From Candidatus Limnocylindria bacterium (GTDB lineage Bacteria; Chloroflexota; Limnocylindria; Limnocylindrales; CSP1-4): a stretch of 61,851 nucleotides of DNA. The stretch lies in contig DASPWU010000004.1 of the NCBI GenBank assembly GCA_035637675.1, forward strand, positions 1 through 61,851, read 5' to 3'. A program made the translations under genes and the position numbers. Of the stretch, positions 1 to 9,617 are shown piece by piece. The notes beneath the pieces are model-generated. The model worked only from the letters and a program-made list of their open reading frames with translations, had not been told where the DNA came from and made no database searches. Position 1 is the first letter of the stretch. The number at the start of each line of letters is the position of its first letter.

Positions 1-14
1 GACTTCCCGGTAAG

Positions 15-1193
15 ATGCCGGCCATGCGATTGGCTGGCCGGATGGAGCGCCTCGGTACGGAGACGGCATTCGAGGCCGCGGCGCGCGCCCGCGACCTGGA
101 GGCAACCGGGCGGGATGTCATCCACCTGGAGATCGGCGAGCCCGACTTCGACACGCCGGCGAGCATCCGGGCGGCCGCCAAGCGGGCCCTGGACGACGGC
201 TGGACGCACTACGGACCGGCGCTCGGGTTGCCCGTGCTGCGTGAGGCGATTGCGCTCGACGCGTCCCGTCGGAAGCGCTTTCCGGTCTCCGCCGAGCAGG
301 TCGTGGTCACTCCCGGCGCCAAGCCGATCATGTTCTACGCGATCATGGCACTGGTCGATGAGGGCGACGAGGTCATCTATCCGGATCCAGGCTTCCCAAT
401 CTACGAGTCGATGGCGCGCTTCGTGGGCGCGACCGCGGTGCCCCTGCCGCTGCACCAGGAGCACGAGTTCCGCCTGGATCCTGAGTGGCTCGCCGGGCTC
501 GTGAGTCCGCGGACGCGGCTGATCATCTTCAACTCGCCCGCCAATCCGACCGGCGGGGTCATCGACCGCCAGGACCTCGAGCGGATCGCCGCGATCGCCA
601 TCGAGCACGACCTGGTCGTCCTGGCCGACGAGATCTATGGCCGGATCGTGTACGAGGGCGAGCACGTCTCGATCGCCTCGTTGCCGGGCATGGCCGAGCG
701 GACGATCGTCCTCGATGGGTTCTCCAAGACCTACGCCATGACCGGCTGGCGGCTCGGCTACGCGATCCTGCCGGAGCGGCTCGTGATGCCATTCAGCAGG
801 CTGATCATCAACAGCGTGAGCTGCACGAGCTCGTTCTCGCAGATCGCCGCGGCCGAGGCGCTGCTTGGTCCTCAGCACGAGGTCGAGGCGATGGTCGGCG
901 AGTTCCGCGCCCGGCGCGACCTCGTCGTCGACGGGCTCAACGCGATTCCGGGATTCAGCTGCCTCCGGCCGCAGGGCGCCTTCTACGTCTTCCCGGACGT
1001 CTCGGGGACCGGCCTGACTGGCGCCGAGCTGGCCGACAAGCTCCTGTACGAGGCCGGCGTCTCCGTGCTGGCTGGCACCGCGTTCGGCCAGGTGGGCCGC
1101 GCACACGTCCGGATCAGCTACGCGAACTCCCAGGCCAAGATCCGCGACGCACTCGACCGGATCCGATCGGTCGTTACGCCGCTCGCGGTCTGA
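15..1193 (+). CDS. PLP-dependent aminotransferase, class I/II (aspartate/aromatic aminotransferase-like)
   Basis: 392-aa [18 protein letters not shown] and the PLP-lysine block [13 protein letters not shown] are typical of fold-type I aminotransferases. Confidence 0.85.
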   Translation: MPAMRLAGRMERLGTETAFEAAARARDLEATGRDVIHLEIGEPDFDTPASIRAAAKRALDDGWTHYGPALGLPVLREAIALDASRRKRFPVSAEQVVVTPGAKPIMFYAIMALVDEGDEVIYPDPGFPIYESMARFVGATAVPLPLHQEHEFRLDPEWLAGLVSPRTRLIIFNSPANPTGGVIDRQDLERIAAIAIEHDLVVLADEIYGRIVYEGEHVSIASLPGMAERTIVLDGFSKTYAMTGWRLGYAILPERLVMPFSRLIINSVSCTSSFSQIAAAEALLGPQHEVEAMVGEFRARRDLVVDGLNAIPGFSCLRPQGAFYVFPDVSGTGLTGAELADKLLYEAGVSVLAGTAFGQVGRAHVRISYANSQAKIRDALDRIRSVVTPLAV

Positions 1194-1203
1194 GGCGCGA
1201 GCG

Positions 1204-2220
1204 GTGCCCGGAGAAGACGCTCACCGCGCGCGCGTCTTCCTCAGCCGCCGCATTCCGGAGGACGGGCTGCGGCTGATCGTCGACGGGTGCGACGCGACGG
1301 TCTGGCCGGACGAGCTGCCGCCCCCGCGCGACGCGTTGCTTGCCGCCGTCGCCGGCTGCGACGGCATCCTCACCCTGCTCACGGACTTGGTCGACGACGA
1401 GCTGCTCGACGCCGCCGGACCGCAGCTCCGGGTCGTCAGCAACTACGCCGTCGGCTTCGACAATGTCGACGTGCCCGCCTGCACCCGGCGGGGGATTCCC
1501 GTCGGCAACACGCCCGGCGTGCTGACCGACACGACCGCCGACCTGGCCTTCGCGCTGCTCATGGCGGCCGCTCGGCGGCTGCCGGAGGGCGACCGCTACG
1601 TCCGGGCCGGCAACTGGCGAACCTGGGGACCGATGCTCCTGCTGGGACCCGACGTCCACGGCGCGACGCTGGGGATCGTCGGCTTCGGCCGGATCGGTCA
1701 GGCCCTCGCCCGCCGGGCGAGCGGCTTCGGCATGACGGTCCTCTACCACGACGTGAAGGAGTTGCCGGACGACGTGTCGGCGCCACTCGGCGCCACGTTC
1801 GTGGAGCTGGACGAGCTGTTCAAGCGCTCCGATTTCGTCTCGCTCCACGTCAACCTGACGCCGGAGACCAGCCACATGATCAACGCCGAGAGTCTGCGGC
1901 GGATGAAGCCGTCGGCCGTCCTCGTGAACACCTCGCGCGGCCCCGTCGTGGATCAGCCTGCTTTGTACGAGGCGCTTCGCGACGGTGTGATCGCGGCGGC
2001 CGCCCTCGACGTCACGGACCCCGAGCCGATACCGGCCGACGATCCGCTGCTCGGCCTCGACAACTGCCTGATCGTGCCCCACATCGCGTCAGCGTCGCGG
2101 GCTACGCGAGGCAAGATGGCGGAGATGGCGGCCGCAAACCTGCTGGCGGGCGTCCGCGGCGAGCGTCTCCCAACCCCCGTCAACCCCGAGGTCTACGAGC
2201 GTCCGGCTCCCGGACGATAG
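1204..2220 (+). CDS. D-2-hydroxyacid dehydrogenase / glyoxylate-hydroxypyruvate reductase family
   Basis: 338-aa ORF with GTG start. Has the NAD Rossmann motif [24 protein letters not shown] and the catalytic-His block PHIASAS. Confidence 0.85.
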   Translation: MPGEDAHRARVFLSRRIPEDGLRLIVDGCDATVWPDELPPPRDALLAAVAGCDGILTLLTDLVDDELLDAAGPQLRVVSNYAVGFDNVDVPACTRRGIPVGNTPGVLTDTTADLAFALLMAAARRLPEGDRYVRAGNWRTWGPMLLLGPDVHGATLGIVGFGRIGQALARRASGFGMTVLYHDVKELPDDVSAPLGATFVELDELFKRSDFVSLHVNLTPETSHMINAESLRRMKPSAVLVNTSRGPVVDQPALYEALRDGVIAAAALDVTDPEPIPADDPLLGLDNCLIVPHIASASRATRGKMAEMAAANLLAGVRGERLPTPVNPEVYERPAPGR

Positions 2221-2231
2221 ACTCTCGCCGT

Positions 2232-2306
2232 GGGCCGGTAGCTCAACGGCAGAGCAGGCGCCTTTTAAGCGCTTGGTTGTGGGTTCGAGCCCCACCCGGC
2301 TCACCA
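2232..2306 (+). tRNA. tRNA-Lys (anticodon UUU), CCA encoded
   Basis: Hand-folded cloverleaf: acceptor GGGCCGG/CCGGCTC, D stem GCTC/GAGC, anticodon stem GGCGC/GCGCT with loop CTTTTAA, T arm GTGGG-TTCGAGC-CCCAC, discriminator A plus CCA. Confidence 0.9.
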
Positions 2307-2312
2307 CCCACC

Positions 2313-2888
2313 GTGTGTGCGACCGCGAGGCATCCTGCCCTGGACCACGCCGATCATGTCGGGCTGCTGCGAGGCGGTGTGCCACAGGCCGGGCCGGGTA
2401 ACGCGATCTGGGCGGACCTGGGCTCCGGGAGTGGAGCCTTCACGCTTGCCCTTGCCGAGCTGCTTGGCCCGGGAGGTCGCATCGTCTCGGTGGACCGCGA
2501 CGCGGCGGCCCTCCACCAACAGGCCATGGCGATGGCGGCGCGCTTCCCGGACGTCGCCCTCGAGCAGCGGGTGGCCGACTTCACCACCGACCTCGGTCTT
2601 CCACCGCTCGACGGCATCGTCATGGCCAATGCGCTGCATTTCCAGCGCGACCGTGAGGCGATGGTCCGCACGGTCTTTGGCATGCTCCGGCCGGGCGGTC
2701 GATTCGTCCTGGTCGAGTACGACGCGGACCGCGGCAACCCCTGGGTGCCGCACCCGCTCTCGTTCGCCACGTGGCGAACGATGGGCGTCGCCGCCGGGTT
2801 CGAGGAGCCCCAGCTGTTGGGCCGCGTCCCGAGCCGGTTCCTCGGCGCGATCTACTCGGCGCTGGCGATCCGGCCGGACGCCCAGTGA
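2313..2888 (+). CDS. class I SAM-dependent methyltransferase
   Basis: This is the C-terminal part of the 1287..2888 frame. The SAM motif I is ADLGSGSGAFTLALAE, followed by acidic VDRD, MANALHF and RPGGRFVLVEY. The first in-frame start after the tRNA is GTG 2313; the upstream part of the long ORF runs through the tRNA and is not coding. Exact start is uncertain. Confidence 0.7.
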   Translation: MCATARHPALDHADHVGLLRGGVPQAGPGNAIWADLGSGSGAFTLALAELLGPGGRIVSVDRDAAALHQQAMAMAARFPDVALEQRVADFTTDLGLPPLDGIVMANALHFQRDREAMVRTVFGMLRPGGRFVLVEYDADRGNPWVPHPLSFATWRTMGVAAGFEEPQLLGRVPSRFLGAIYSALAIRPDAQ

Positions 2889-4081
2889 GCCGGCGCGGCC
2901 GACATCGACCGCAGCGCATCCGCCAGCCGCTCGTACTGCGAACGGTGGTTGTAGGCCTGGGCGCTGATCCGGAGCAGTCTCGCCCGCGGCCGCTCGCCGG
3001 GACGGAGGGCGGCGGCAACGGGCCAGCCGACGACCGGGACCTCGATCCGGTGCTCGTCGAACAGGCGGATGTCGACGTCATCGGGGAAACGGGGCGGCAG
3101 CGGGAAGGCGGCCATCGCTCCGATCATCAATGGAGGGGCAGGCGGCTCGATCTCGAGTGCCTCGCACAGGAGCTGGCTGGCGGCGAGGGTGAGCTCCCGA
3201 TTGGCGGCCATGAGCTCCGGCCAGCCGCCCGACCGGAGCTCGCCGACGACGCGCAAGGCCTCGGGAATCGACAGCGCCGCCGTTGGATCCGCGGTTCCCG
3301 TCCAATCGAACTCGGCCCGATAGCGCGACCGGTCCGCCTGCGTTTCGTTGGCCCCGTGCGATACGACGAGCGGCCGGATGCGATCGCGCCGGTCCCTGCG
3401 GACGTGGAGGAACGCCGAGCCCTTCGGCGCGCAGATCCACTTATGGGCATTACCGGTCGCGTATGCGGCGCCGATCGCGTTCAGGTCAACGGGCAGCATG
3501 CCCGGCGAGTGGGCGGCATCCAGCAGCGTGTCCACGCCGCGCGCCGAGAGCTCCCGAACCAGTTCGGCGGCCGGAAAGATGAGGGCGGTCGGGCTCGTCA
3601 CGTGGCTGATGAGGGCCAGGCGGGTCCGGTCGGTGACGGCCCCGAGCACCGCGGCGATCACGTCGGCCGGGTCGCCGATCGGGAATGGCACGTGGGCGAC
3701 GACGACCTGCGCCCCATCGCGCGCCGCCACGGCGCGCGCGGCGTTGAGGATGGCGTTGTACTCGTGGTCGGTGGTCAGCAGCTCGTCGCCAGGGTCGAAC
3801 CGGAGGCTCTGGAGGACGGTGTTGACGCCTGTCGTCGCGTTGGTCACGAAGGCGAGGTCGTCCGGGCTCGCCCCGATGAAGGCCGCCAGTGCTTCCCGCG
3901 AGCCCGCCAGCAGACCCTCCAGGTCGCGCCACAGGAACTGGACCGGTTCGGCCTCCATCCGGTCCCGCAGCGCGGCCTGGAATTCGAGGACGTCCCGTGG
4001 GCAGGCCCCGAACGAGCCGTGGTTGAGAAAATCGATCGACGGGTCCAGGCCCCAGCGAGCTGCCTGCGGAGATCCCGTCAT
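2852..4081 (-). CDS. aminotransferase class V-fold PLP enzyme (cysteine desulfurase / isopenicillin-N epimerase-like)
   Basis: 409 aa from ATG 4081 (MTGSPQAARWGLDPSIDFLNHGSFG...). The PLP-lysine block is GNAHKWICAPKGSAF. The Arg/Pro-rich extension to 4639 in the track looks non-coding. Confidence 0.8.
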   Translation of the reverse strand: MTGSPQAARWGLDPSIDFLNHGSFGACPRDVLEFQAALRDRMEAEPVQFLWRDLEGLLAGSREALAAFIGASPDDLAFVTNATTGVNTVLQSLRFDPGDELLTTDHEYNAILNAARAVAARDGAQVVVAHVPFPIGDPADVIAAVLGAVTDRTRLALISHVTSPTALIFPAAELVRELSARGVDTLLDAAHSPGMLPVDLNAIGAAYATGNAHKWICAPKGSAFLHVRRDRRDRIRPLVVSHGANETQADRSRYRAEFDWTGTADPTAALSIPEALRVVGELRSGGWPELMAANRELTLAASQLLCEALEIEPPAPPLMIGAMAAFPLPPRFPDDVDIRLFDEHRIEVPVVGWPVAAALRPGERPRARLLRISAQAYNHRSQYERLADALRSMSAAPAHWASGRIASAE

Positions 4082-4473
4082 CCCTCCGCCTTGGGCGGGG
4101 ATCCGTCGGCGTCGCCCGCGCCCGCACCCGAATCGTCGTCGGGGGTCACGTCGTCTGGGGTCACGTTGCGGGGCGGCTCGACGGCTCGTGGCTCCGGTCG
4201 CACGACCCGGACCGCCTCGGGACGCCGCCCGAGCAGCCGATCCAGCCCACCGCGCCAGGTCACGAACGGCACGAGGTAGACCAGGAAGAGCGCCGGCAAC
4301 AGGTAACGCGTGAGCGGTCGGAACTCGGTCACAGCCACCGCGAGGGCGAGCAGCACCACCGCATAGGTGAGGATCGCCGAGCGCGACCGCCCGTCCAGAT
4401 ACAGCCGGCGGAGCGGCACGGCCAGGACGACGGCCGCCACGACAAGGACGAGGATGAGGACCGCCGCTGGCAC
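4078..4473 (-). CDS. hypothetical small membrane protein (3 predicted TM helices, acidic/Pro-rich tail)
   Basis: 131-aa ORF with GTG start. Hydrophobic segments are AVLILVLVVAAVVLAV, ILTYAVVLLALAVAV and LLPALFLVYLVPF. Its stop overlaps the ATG of the downstream class V enzyme (ATGA), suggesting translational coupling. Confidence 0.5.
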   Translation of the reverse strand: MPAAVLILVLVVAAVVLAVPLRRLYLDGRSRSAILTYAVVLLALAVAVTEFRPLTRYLLPALFLVYLVPFVTWRGGLDRLLGRRPEAVRVVRPEPRAVEPPRNVTPDDVTPDDDSGAGAGDADGSPPKAEG

Positions 4474-4538
4474 CGCGCGATGATAGGCCCGGCGGACTCA
4501 GGATCGCTGGCGGGGTCGTCCCGTGGCGCTCGGGTAGG

Positions 4539-5936
4539 ATGGCCGGACCTCCCATGAGCGTCTCTCGACTCACCAATCCGCTGTCCGGCTGGCTCGCACG
4601 ATGGCGTCCGGTCCTCCCGTTGTTCCTGGGCGAGACCATCGTCTGGACGGGGTTCGGCGCCCTGTTGCCCGTGCTGCCGCTCTTCTACACCGAGCAGGGG
4701 GTCGATCTCGCCACGTTGGGGTTGGTCGTCGCGGCCTGGCCGGCTGCCCGGCTCATAGGCGAGCCGGTCTTTGGGTGGATCGCGGACCGGACGGCGCGAG
4801 TGCCACTCATGGTCGGCAGCCTGGTGGCCACCGGCGTGTTCGTGGCGCTGCCCCTCGCGGTCCACGGCTCCGTCGAGTTCCTGGTGCTGCGGGCACTGGC
4901 CGGCCTGGCAACGGCCGCATACGACCCGGCCGCCCGAGGGCTGCTCAAGGACGCCACCCCGCCCGAGCGACAGGGCGAGGCCTTCGGCCTGTACGGGTCG
5001 GTGCAGATGACCGGGCTGCTCTTCGGGCCGGCGATCGGCGGGCTGGGAGCAGCTGCCTTCGGGTCGATCGGCTTCGTGTTCGTCTTCGGCGGGATCGCGT
5101 CGGTGCTGGCTGCGATTGCTGTGGCCGCCGGTGTCCGCGATCTGCCTCGCCACGGTGCGGTGCCTGCCTTGCCGGCCACCGGGCTGGCCGACTTCCAGCG
5201 GGACGTGCCTCGCCTACGTGAATCGGCCGGGACGGACCGGCAGGGCGCGGCGGCTGACCGTCCGGAGGGACCCGACCGCTCCTCGCAGCGGGTGGCGGAT
5301 CCCGCAGCAGCAGCGCTTCCGGCGCGCCTTGCCAACCGCCTCCTCATCGCCGCGCTCATCGCCAACATCGGGGGCTATTTCGGGGGAGGCACGTACGAGG
5401 TGGTGTGGAGCCTGTTTCTCACCGCGAAGGGTGCCGGGATCGGCTTCATCGGCCTGACATTCATGATGTTTTCGGTGCCGATCCTGGTCATTGGCCCATG
5501 GGTCGGCCGGCTCGTCGATCGTCACGGGAGCCTGGTGTTCCTCGTCGCGGGCTCGATCGCCATCGCCGCGGCCGCTCCGACCTACACCCTGATACAGGAT
5601 CCGGTCTGGGTGCTGCCGCTCCTCGTGGTGGAAGCCTGTGGCTTCGCGTTCATCAACCCGGCGCTATACGCGATCGTCTCGCGGGCAAGCCCGCCCGGCC
5701 GATCCTCGACCGCGCAGGGCCTCTTCGGCGCCGCCGGGACCCTGGGCTTCGTGGTGGCGTCGGTGGTCTCGGGCGCCCTGGCCGTGATTGACATTCGCTG
5801 GCCGTTCTACCTGCTGAGTGCCGTCGTCCTGGGCAGCCTCGGCCTGGCGCTGGCGATCGGCTGGCGGGAGATCGTGGCCGGCACGCCCGGCGACGCACGG
5901 GTGGTGGCACCCGGCGAGCCCGTCCAGACGATCTGA
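4539..5936 (+). CDS. MFS transporter
   Basis: 465 aa with about 12 hydrophobic helices split by a charged central loop. The MFS loop motif is GWIADRTARVPLM (G-x3-D-R-x-G-R-like). Confidence 0.8.
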   Translation: MAGPPMSVSRLTNPLSGWLARWRPVLPLFLGETIVWTGFGALLPVLPLFYTEQGVDLATLGLVVAAWPAARLIGEPVFGWIADRTARVPLMVGSLVATGVFVALPLAVHGSVEFLVLRALAGLATAAYDPAARGLLKDATPPERQGEAFGLYGSVQMTGLLFGPAIGGLGAAAFGSIGFVFVFGGIASVLAAIAVAAGVRDLPRHGAVPALPATGLADFQRDVPRLRESAGTDRQGAAADRPEGPDRSSQRVADPAAAALPARLANRLLIAALIANIGGYFGGGTYEVVWSLFLTAKGAGIGFIGLTFMMFSVPILVIGPWVGRLVDRHGSLVFLVAGSIAIAAAAPTYTLIQDPVWVLPLLVVEACGFAFINPALYAIVSRASPPGRSSTAQGLFGAAGTLGFVVASVVSGALAVIDIRWPFYLLSAVVLGSLGLALAIGWREIVAGTPGDARVVAPGEPVQTI

Positions 5937-5940
5937 GCCG

Positions 5941-6792
5941 ATGGACGATTCGACCCAGACCGCCGCCGCGGCGCCGGGCCCGCGCTCGGCTGGCGACTGG
6001 CGCGACGCTCCGGATGCTGTCGCGCCGACCGTCCTGCTGCTCGGCGGGCTGTTCACCTCCCCGCTCATGTACCGAGCCATGAGGCGCCGGCTGCTGGAGC
6101 GCGGTGCCGCAGAAGTCGTCGTGGCCAACATCTGGCTGCCGGACTGGCTCATAGCCATGCGCCGAGGGATGGGCGCGATCCTGACGCGCTCGGGACGGGC
6201 CCTGCTGCGGGCGGTTGCCGTGTCGGCCGCATCTCCGGACAGTCGGGGTGCGCCCCTGCTGGTGGTGGGTCACTCCGCGGGCGGTCTGACGGCTCGGCTC
6301 CTGACGTCGCCGGAGCCATTCATGGGCCGAAAGCTGGCTGCGGCCCGCCGGATTGGCGCAGTCGTGACGCTCGGGTCGCCCCATGAGGTGGCCCATCGCA
6401 GGTCGATCGGGCGGCTGCTGGCGGCCCGCGTAACGGGCTTCGCCGACCAGGCCGTGCCCGGATCGTTGTTCGCGCCAACGACTGGCTATCTGGCTGTGAG
6501 CTCGCGCTTCGTTGTCGGCCAGCCGGGCGGCAATGTGCGGGAGCGGGCTGCGTCCATGCTCTACCGCGGCATGCTGCCACTGTCCCGGGTGGAGGCGATC
6601 GATGGCGACGGGCTGGTGCCCGTCCGCGCAGCGGGCCTGGCGGATGCCGAGGCCCTGGTCCTGGATGGGATCGTCCATGGCCAGTTGGGCGGATCGCCGT
6701 GGTACGGCTCGCCGGAGGCGATCGACATCTGGTGGCCGCGCGCGGTCGAGGTGTGGCGGGCGGCCCTCAAGGCCCGGCTCGAAGGCGATTGA
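5941..6792 (+). CDS. alpha/beta-hydrolase fold protein (lipase/esterase-like)
   Basis: 283 aa from ATG 5941. Nucleophile elbow is VVGHSAGGLTA (G-x-S-x-G), with VLLLGGL near the N-terminus. The part of the track ORF upstream of 5941 overlaps the MFS gene. Confidence 0.65.
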   Translation: MDDSTQTAAAAPGPRSAGDWRDAPDAVAPTVLLLGGLFTSPLMYRAMRRRLLERGAAEVVVANIWLPDWLIAMRRGMGAILTRSGRALLRAVAVSAASPDSRGAPLLVVGHSAGGLTARLLTSPEPFMGRKLAAARRIGAVVTLGSPHEVAHRRSIGRLLAARVTGFADQAVPGSLFAPTTGYLAVSSRFVVGQPGGNVRERAASMLYRGMLPLSRVEAIDGDGLVPVRAAGLADAEALVLDGIVHGQLGGSPWYGSPEAIDIWWPRAVEVWRAALKARLEGD

Positions 6793-7083
6793 CGCGACTG
6801 AGGCGCCCGAGTCGAGGTGTGGCCAGAAATGCGCCCACAGACTCTTGGGCCGGTCGTGGCCACCCAATCGGCCTCCCGAGGCACGGATGACGGCAGTGTC
6901 GTGCACGGGGGTCCTGCTAACGGGCCAAATCGGCTGCCCGCAAGACATCGGGCTGACCTAGGGGTCTGTCCGTGACTATTTGGCCGCGGAATCGCTCGTC
7001 ACGCTGGTTAGTATTCTGGACGAGAATATGTGGCACGTCGGTCGGGCTCACGTGTGCCGGGGTCGACGATCCCGCTGGCCCGT

Positions 7084-7112
7084 TTGACGCTTGAGGCGCC
7101 TGCCCCTACCAT
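7084..7112 (+). promoter_or_regulatory. sigma70-like promoter for tRNA-fMet
   Basis: TTGACG (7084-7089), a 17-nt spacer, then TACCAT (7107-7112). The tRNA 5' end at 7120 is 7 nt downstream of the -10 element. Confidence 0.45.
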
Positions 7113-7119
7113 TGGCGGT

Positions 7120-7194
7120 CGCGGGGTGGAGCAGCGGCAGCTCGTCGGGCTCATAACCCGAAGGTCGGAGGTTCGAATCCTTCCCCCGCAACCA
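7120..7194 (+). tRNA. initiator tRNA-Met (anticodon CAU), CCA encoded
   Basis: CGCGGGG...CCCCGCA acceptor with a C1xA72 mismatch. The anticodon stem has three consecutive G-C pairs (TCGGG/CCCGA), loop CTCATAA, T arm GGAGG-TTCGAAT-CCTTC. These are the bacterial initiator hallmarks. Confidence 0.9.
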
Positions 7195-7209
7195 ATATCG
7201 ACTTTTCCT

Positions 7210-7244
7210 GAACCCCGGCCCCGACCAGCCGGGGTTCTTCCTTG
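7210..7244. terminator. bidirectional intrinsic terminator-like hairpin
   Basis: GAACCCCGGC-cccgacca-GCCGGGGTTC is a 10-bp GC-rich stem followed by TTCCTTG. It lies between the tRNA-fMet 3' end and the stop of the convergent ABC-2 permease gene. Confidence 0.5.
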
Positions 7245-7249
7245 TCCGG

Positions 7250-8041
7250 CTACTCCCAGCGGAACATTCGGGCGGCGAGGCCGGCCAGGACAACCCCCCA
7301 GGCCGCCAGCAATGCCACCGCTGCGGTTGGATCGCCGGCCATCGTGCCGAGCCCGATCCGGAAGGCGTCGGACAGCGCGGCCGCCGGCAGCACCCCCGCG
7401 AGGTCGGCCACGGGCTGCGGCAGGCGGTCCAGGGGCACGATGACCCCGCCCAGGAGGAGCAACAGCAGGTAGAGGCCGTTCGCGCTGGCCAGGGTGGCCT
7501 CGGCCCGGAGCGTCCCGGCCATGAGAAGGCCGAGGCCGGCGAAGGCCAGCGTCCCCAGCAGCAGCGCCACGGCCACGACGAACGCCGAGGCACCCGCGCC
7601 GGGCGCCCATCCGAAGAGGGCGACCGCGATTGCCACCAGAACGACGAGCTGCAGTAACTCGACCGCGACGACCGCGGCGATCTTGGCCGCGACGAGTCCC
7701 CAGCGGGGCAGCGGCGATCCGCCCAGACGCTTGAGCACGCCGTAGGCGCGCTCGTAGCCGGTCGCGATCCCCAGGCTCACGAGGCTCGTCGAGATCACGG
7801 CCAGGGCGGCGACGCCCGGCAGCAGGAAGTCGATCGGCCGGCCGGTCCCCGTCGGCAGGACGTCCACGGAGCCGAAGAAGACGAGAAGGGCGACGGGGAT
7901 CACCAGCGTGACGAGCAGGTTCTCGGCTCGGCGCGACGTCAGCCGCAGCTCCATCGAGGCCTGGGCGAGCGTGGCTCGCCAGGCTGGAGCAGCGCCCGTG
8001 GCGGCGGGCGTCCAGCGCGCCGGCGTCGAGCTCTCGCTCAC
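7250..8041 (-). CDS. ABC-2 type transporter permease
   Basis: 263 aa from GTG 8041 with six hydrophobic helices, as in ABC-2 (DrrB/NosY-type) permeases. The GTG overlaps the TGA of the upstream ATPase gene (GTGA). Confidence 0.75.
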   Translation of the reverse strand: MSESSTPARWTPAATGAAPAWRATLAQASMELRLTSRRAENLLVTLVIPVALLVFFGSVDVLPTGTGRPIDFLLPGVAALAVISTSLVSLGIATGYERAYGVLKRLGGSPLPRWGLVAAKIAAVVAVELLQLVVLVAIAVALFGWAPGAGASAFVVAVALLLGTLAFAGLGLLMAGTLRAEATLASANGLYLLLLLLGGVIVPLDRLPQPVADLAGVLPAAALSDAFRIGLGTMAGDPTAAVALLAAWGVVLAGLAARMFRWE

Positions 8042-9045
8042 GGCATGTGCCCGCCCTCGCGCTCTTCCTGGCTCTCCGCCGAGCCTTCGGACGCCTTCTC
8101 CGCCAGGAGCTCCAGGTAGCGCTCCTCGAGCGTCCCGCCCCCCGTCGTCACCTCCACAACGAGCAGCTGGCGGGACTCGCACCAGGTCGCCAGTCGGCTG
8201 ACGAGCCCGGGCGCCGGGCTCACGCCGTCGAGGCGATAGTGGCCCCCGCCCTCGTCGACCAGATCCGTGCCGGGCGCGCCGTCCGACAGCCGCTCCGCAA
8301 GCGCATGGCGCTCCGCGTGCGACAGGGGAGCCTCCAGTCGGAATCGAAAGCGCGGCGCGGCGGCGGCCGTCAGCTCGGCGGGGGAGGCGAGCGCGATGAG
8401 CCGGCCCGAATCGATGAACGCGACGCGGTCGGCCAGCCTGTCGACGTCGGCCAGGTCGTGGGTCGTGAGCAGCACCGTGACCCCGGCTACGCGAAGCTCG
8501 CCGATGAGCTGGCGAGTGGCGACCTTGGCCGCCGGGTCCATGCCCGTCGTCGGTTCGTCGAGGACGACCAGCTCCGGTCGCCCGACCAGGGCCAGGGCCA
8601 GCCCGAGGCGCTGCTTCTCCCCGCCCGACAGGACCTTGTAGCGCGTGCCGGCGACGTCTCGGAGGCCGACGACGTCGAGCAGCTCATCGGGGGCGTGCGG
8701 AGCTGCGTAGAAGCTGGCGAACAGCCGCAGGATCTCGGCCGGCGTGGCCTGTGGGTAGACGCCACCGGCCTGGAGCATGAGTCCCAGCCGGGCGCGCAGG
8801 CTGGGCGCGTCGCGGGCCGGGTCCAGGCCGAGCACGCGAACGTCACCGGCGTCCGCCCGGCGGTAGCCCTCGATGATCTCCACCGTCGTGGTCTTGCCGG
8901 CGCCATTGGGGCCGAGAAGCCCGAAGATCTCTCCGCGCCGGACCTCGAACGACAGGCGGGCGACGACGTCCCGGCCGGCATATCGCTTGACCAGGCCGCG
9001 GAGGGCGATCGCAATCTCGGTGGTGTCGGACGGGTTGTCGGTCAT
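8038..9045 (-). CDS. ABC transporter ATP-binding protein (DrrA-like, with C-terminal extension)
   Basis: Walker A GPNGAGKTT, signature LSGGEKQRL, Walker B LVVLDEPTTGMD and H-loop TTHD. There is an extra domain of about 100 aa at the C-terminus. The ATG overlaps the stop of the thioredoxin gene (ATGA). Confidence 0.9.
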   Translation of the reverse strand: MTDNPSDTTEIAIALRGLVKRYAGRDVVARLSFEVRRGEIFGLLGPNGAGKTTTVEIIEGYRRADAGDVRVLGLDPARDAPSLRARLGLMLQAGGVYPQATPAEILRLFASFYAAPHAPDELLDVVGLRDVAGTRYKVLSGGEKQRLGLALALVGRPELVVLDEPTTGMDPAAKVATRQLIGELRVAGVTVLLTTHDLADVDRLADRVAFIDSGRLIALASPAELTAAAAPRFRFRLEAPLSHAERHALAERLSDGAPGTDLVDEGGGHYRLDGVSPAPGLVSRLATWCESRQLLVVEVTTGGGTLEERYLELLAEKASEGSAESQEEREGGHMP

Positions 9046-9485
9046 CCGCCGATGGCTGCGTACTGGCGCTCGAAGTCCGCGGCCGTCAGCTCGCCGATCT
9101 GGCGTGACCGGACGATGCCGTCGCGGTCGATGAAATAGGTCTGCGGCGGGGCGAGGACGGTATACACGCTGGCCCGTGAGCCGTCCGGGTCGGTGAGGGA
9201 TGGCCAGGCGGCACCCTCGGTGGCCGCGAACCGGCGGGCCGCGCCCGCGTCGTCATCGAAGACCACTCCCAGGATCGCGAGGCTCGGATGCCGGGCCTGG
9301 GCGTCCCGGAAGAGCGGAAACTCGGCCCGACACGGGACGCACCAGCTGGCCCAGAAGTTCACGATCACCGGTTTGCCCCGCAGGTTCGCCAGGCTCATCG
9401 ACCGTCCATCGAGCGTGGTCCCGCTCAGTGGTGGCGCCTGATCGCCGACGCGGACGCCGACCGGGCTCGGCGGGGTCACGCCCAC
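9042..9485 (-). CDS. TlpA/ResA-like thiol:disulfide oxidoreductase (thioredoxin fold)
   Basis: Has the WASWCVPCRAEFP CxxC motif. Coordinates are the minimal GTG-started ORF. The same frame upstream (to 9617) encodes a signal-anchor helix, RFDRRQLIGLAIIATIAIIAIVAV, with no ATG/GTG/TTG, so the true start is probably further upstream and non-canonical. Confidence 0.75.
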   Translation of the reverse strand: MGVTPPSPVGVRVGDQAPPLSGTTLDGRSMSLANLRGKPVIVNFWASWCVPCRAEFPLFRDAQARHPSLAILGVVFDDDAGAARRFAATEGAAWPSLTDPDGSRASVYTVLAPPQTYFIDRDGIVRSRQIGELTAADFERQYAAIGG

Positions 9486-9617
9486 GGCGACGATGGCGAT
9501 GATGGCAATCGTCGCGATGATCGCCAGGCCGATGAGCTGGCGCCGGTCGAACCTGCTGTCGGACGTCCGATCGAGCCGGCCGGGCGAGTCGGGTGAAGGG
9601 GTCGTGATGAACCTGCG

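Noticed and set aside
2232-2306. tRNA-Lys and tRNA-fMet (7120-7194) as integration sites of a genomic island.
   Set aside because: There is no integrase, no direct repeat of the tRNA 3' end nearby, and the flanking genes are ordinary metabolic genes with the same composition as the rest of the window.
1287-2888. A 533-aa ORF spanning the dehydrogenase gene, the tRNA-Lys and the methyltransferase.
   Set aside because: Only the last 190 or so codons have methyltransferase motifs. The upstream part is Arg-rich, is out of frame with the real dehydrogenase, and reads straight through a well-folded tRNA gene.
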